Shown piece by piece: positions 5,460 to 7,105 of a stretch of 7,105 nt of DNA. The notes under the pieces were generated by a model. The model was given only the letters and a program-made list of their open reading frames with translations, ran no database searches and had not been told where the DNA came from. Source of the DNA: Propionibacteriaceae bacterium (lineage in GTDB: Bacteria; Actinomycetota; Actinomycetes; Propionibacteriales; Propionibacteriaceae); contig JAIRQE010000017.1 of the NCBI GenBank assembly GCA_031256725.1, positions 1 to 7,105 of the forward strand. The letters run 5' to 3'. Position 1 is the stretch's first letter; every line of letters begins with the position of its first letter. The translations under genes were made by a program, and so were the position numbers.

Positions 5460-5578
5460 TTCAAGTGATTGAACTCAGCGATGGGAGAATCATGGCAACC
5501 ACCGGTTGTCGGGTCGGTGTGACCCCAACGCACGGACCTTCCGTGACAGAAGGCTGGCTTCGTGAATCGGAGGCAGAG

Positions 5579-6175
5579 ATGATCTCTGTACTCCTTGTCG
5601 AAAGCCATGCAGCAGTACGCGATGCCTTCGCGACTATGTTTAATATGCAAGAAGACTTCACTGTTGTGGCGACTGCGTCGTCTGTGCGTGAAGCCATCAA
5701 CTTGGCTTGGGTACACCAGCCTGATATTGCACTGATCGACATGCAGTTACCCAATGATTCGGGTTTCCACATGATCGAGCAGTTGCGTTCCTCTGTACCC
5801 CATTGCCGATGCGTGTTACTGACATCCAACGACCTTCAAGGGTACCGTTGTCGCGCCTATGAGTACGGGGCCTGGGCCTACCTCAGCAAAGAACTTTCTT
5901 TTGCTGACATTGTGGGCGCCCTAGAGCAGGTACACGATGGCAAACGTCTCATAGATCCACGAGTGATCTGTAGGGAGAATCATTCCCCCTTGACAAATCG
6001 AGAAACCGACGTTTTGAGAATGGTTGCGAGGATGGGTACCACTGCGGAGATCTCCAAGGTCATGCATTTGAGCCCTGGTACTATCAACAACTACGTCTCC
6101 TCGATCATGTCCAAGTTGGGTGCATCCAACAGGGTACAAGCGTTGATCATCGCTAGGGAAAACGGCTGGATTTAG
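5579..6175 (+). CDS. NarL/LuxR-family response regulator (receiver + LuxR-type HTH), orphan in this window
   Basis: The receiver domain begins MISVLLVESH, with D54 (ALIDMQLP), T82 (LLTS) and K104 (YLSKE). The C-terminal LuxR HTH reads LTNRETDVLRMVARMGTTAEISKVMHLSPGTINNYVSSIMSKLG. The start was chosen at ATG 5579 because GGAGG (5569-5573) lies 5 nt upstream. The ORF stays open back to 5465, and an in-frame ATG at 5492 is an alternative start. Confidence 0.85.
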   Translation: MISVLLVESHAAVRDAFATMFNMQEDFTVVATASSVREAINLAWVHQPDIALIDMQLPNDSGFHMIEQLRSSVPHCRCVLLTSNDLQGYRCRAYEYGAWAYLSKELSFADIVGALEQVHDGKRLIDPRVICRENHSPLTNRETDVLRMVARMGTTAEISKVMHLSPGTINNYVSSIMSKLGASNRVQALIIARENGWI

Positions 6176-6253
6176 GTCGACTACGTTCACTTAAGAATCG
6201 CACATTCTTCAGCGAAACTCCGCTCGCGTGGCCCCATTTCTATTGAATATTGT

Positions 6254-6314
6254 CACGGTAGTGGAGTTTGGAGGCTTTTCGTCCGGTGTGAAGCGTCGAA
6301 ACCCCGCTACCGTG
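6254..6314. terminator. Long imperfect hairpin between the convergent regulator and membrane-protein genes
   Basis: CACGGTAGTGG (6254-6264) pairs with CCGCTACCGTG (6304-6314), giving 11 bp with one U.G pair. Further inner pairing is possible. There is no clean U tract on either side. A cUUCGg mini-hairpin, GTAC-TTCG-GTAC (6358-6369), sits just past the membrane-gene stop. Confidence 0.25.
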
Positions 6315-6375
6315 AACGAATCCTTGTCATTTAGGGCAGTTGGGCGAAGTTTCGTCAGTACTTCGGTACGTGATC

Positions 6376-6987
6376 TTAAAAGCGAGTCCAGGTGATGGCT
6401 AGCAGGAGTACTGTCGCTGCTGGGTAGGTGATGGCTAGGGTCAGATGTACCCACTGCTTGGTGATCGCCCACTGTCTAAGGTAAACAATGATGCTGGCAA
6501 TAAGCAGGGCAACCCCTATTCCGGCGACCGGCCAGGGTGGGAGTTCAGCGACTGGTTGTTGGAAGAGACTGATGGGTGTGAGAATCAACCCCATGGTGAG
6601 GAACCCCAGGAGCATGGGCAGTACCGTTCCACGACCGACCAGGCCAAGAAAACGGTCTGTTTGAACCCCGAGGAGTACAAGGATCCCCACCACGACGATG
6701 ACGCTGATCAGGAGCCCCGATGCCACCTCGATCTGCACTCCGTCGCGCAGGGGCCGTACCGCCCACAAGCACAAAGACATCCCCAGGAAGCCAAGAATGG
6801 CCGGGAGAACAGCTGGGATCAGACCTAGTGTCGGGGGTTCCTGATCTGTGGAATCTGCGTATCCTTCATCATGAGCTACATCGTCCGATGCCTGAGAAGA
6901 ATCCCGGTTGTGAGGCTCGGATTCTGGGCTGTGGTACTCGCTCATGCCAATCAGTGTATCCAACCTTGGTATGTACCCCTTGTTCAA
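6376..6987 (-). CDS. Hypothetical polytopic membrane protein (acidic N-terminus, about 5 TM segments)
   Basis: 203-aa ORF with five hydrophobic stretches of about 20 aa (e.g. LIPAVLPAILGFLGMSLCLWAV, LLISVIVVVGILVLLGV). I recognise no family motif. The track start at 6987 is TTG. ATG at 6945 (MSEYHSPE) is an alternative and sits 7 nt downstream of a TACACT -10-like hexamer. Confidence 0.6.
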   Translation of the reverse strand: MNKGYIPRLDTLIGMSEYHSPESEPHNRDSSQASDDVAHDEGYADSTDQEPPTLGLIPAVLPAILGFLGMSLCLWAVRPLRDGVQIEVASGLLISVIVVVGILVLLGVQTDRFLGLVGRGTVLPMLLGFLTMGLILTPISLFQQPVAELPPWPVAGIGVALLIASIIVYLRQWAITKQWVHLTLAITYPAATVLLLAITWTRF

Positions 6988-7007
6988 CCGAAGTCGATCA
7001 TGTCAAA

Positions 7008-7055
7008 TTGCCCGCGAAACATGACCCGTGTATCACATGGTTTTTGCCCGCGAAA
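7008..7055. promoter_or_regulatory. Two perfect 12-nt direct repeats TTGCCCGCGAAA upstream of the membrane-protein gene
   Basis: Copies at 7008-7019 and 7044-7055, period 36 nt, lie 21-68 nt upstream of the TTG start. This is a candidate operator or promoter element. The window ends at 7105. Confidence 0.4.
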
Positions 7056-7105
7056 TCAGGTGGTGAGTCTGATCCCGGATGGGTCAGGTAAGGGCCTGGT
7101 TTGAC

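Larger units (their letters stand above)
5103..5487 (+). repeat. Module 3 of tandem noncoding repeat
   Basis: Shares nine colinear blocks with module 2. It has an 85-110-nt segment of its own (5312-5424). A partial fourth repeat start (5487-5505) follows and runs into the regulator gene. Confidence 0.55.

Noticed and set aside
5124-5468. A 114-aa plus-strand ORF covering module 3, including a faint histidine-kinase-like tail (GIGKGS..GGIL..PGGEGV).
   Set aside because: The composition is implausible for a protein (about 5 percent Trp; very rich in R, S and G; several Cys). There is no SD. The homologous module 2 is broken by stops in the same frame. The ORF is filled with the conserved hairpins. 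The kinase-like resemblance has the wrong spacing and no H-box or N-box at the right distance. A blastx search would settle the decayed-kinase alternative.
5357-5495. Glycine-riboswitch-like fragments (CTCAGGTAA, CACCGAAC, GGGAGA).
   Set aside because: The fragments are in the wrong order and lack the GGAGAG..ACCGAAGGGGCAA cores. The genomic context is also wrong.
6209-6472. An 87-aa minus-strand ORF in the convergent intergenic region.
   Set aside because: It overlaps the 3' end of the membrane-protein gene out of frame. It is Ser/Thr/His-rich with no RBS. The region is better explained by hairpins between convergent genes.

Overview
The window looks actinobacterial: moderate-to-high GC by eye, a Pro/Lys-rich DnaX linker, and start codons with leaderless-type geometry. 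The left 4.2 kb is ordinary housekeeping. recR and dnaX lie on the minus strand with a TAATG stop/start overlap and no ybaB between them. A divergent SDR oxidoreductase (plus) follows, then a convergent Ogt/MGMT methyltransferase (minus). The right end carries a NarL/LuxR-type response regulator (plus). It has no kinase in the window, and its conserved DD acidic pair reads ES. It is convergent with a hypothetical 5-TM membrane protein (minus).

The stand-out is the 1.3-kb gap at 4254-5578 between ogt and the regulator. It has no credible ORF. It is built from tandem, diverged modules of about 390-470 nt that share nine colinear sequence blocks. Several blocks are hairpins retained with compensatory changes or with G.U pairs that only work on the plus strand. 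The blocks include a C-run loop, a matching G-run, and a GC hairpin.

A 24-26-nt palindromic REP-like element is inserted twice, as an inverted pair, in one module and occurs once more just past the recR stop.

I read the gap as a candidate unrecognised structured-RNA locus, either tandem sRNA genes or a modular leader of the orphan regulator. This rests on by-eye analysis of a single sequence. A decayed gene or plain repetitive DNA remain alternatives. I saw no rRNA, tRNA, CRISPR array or transposase.
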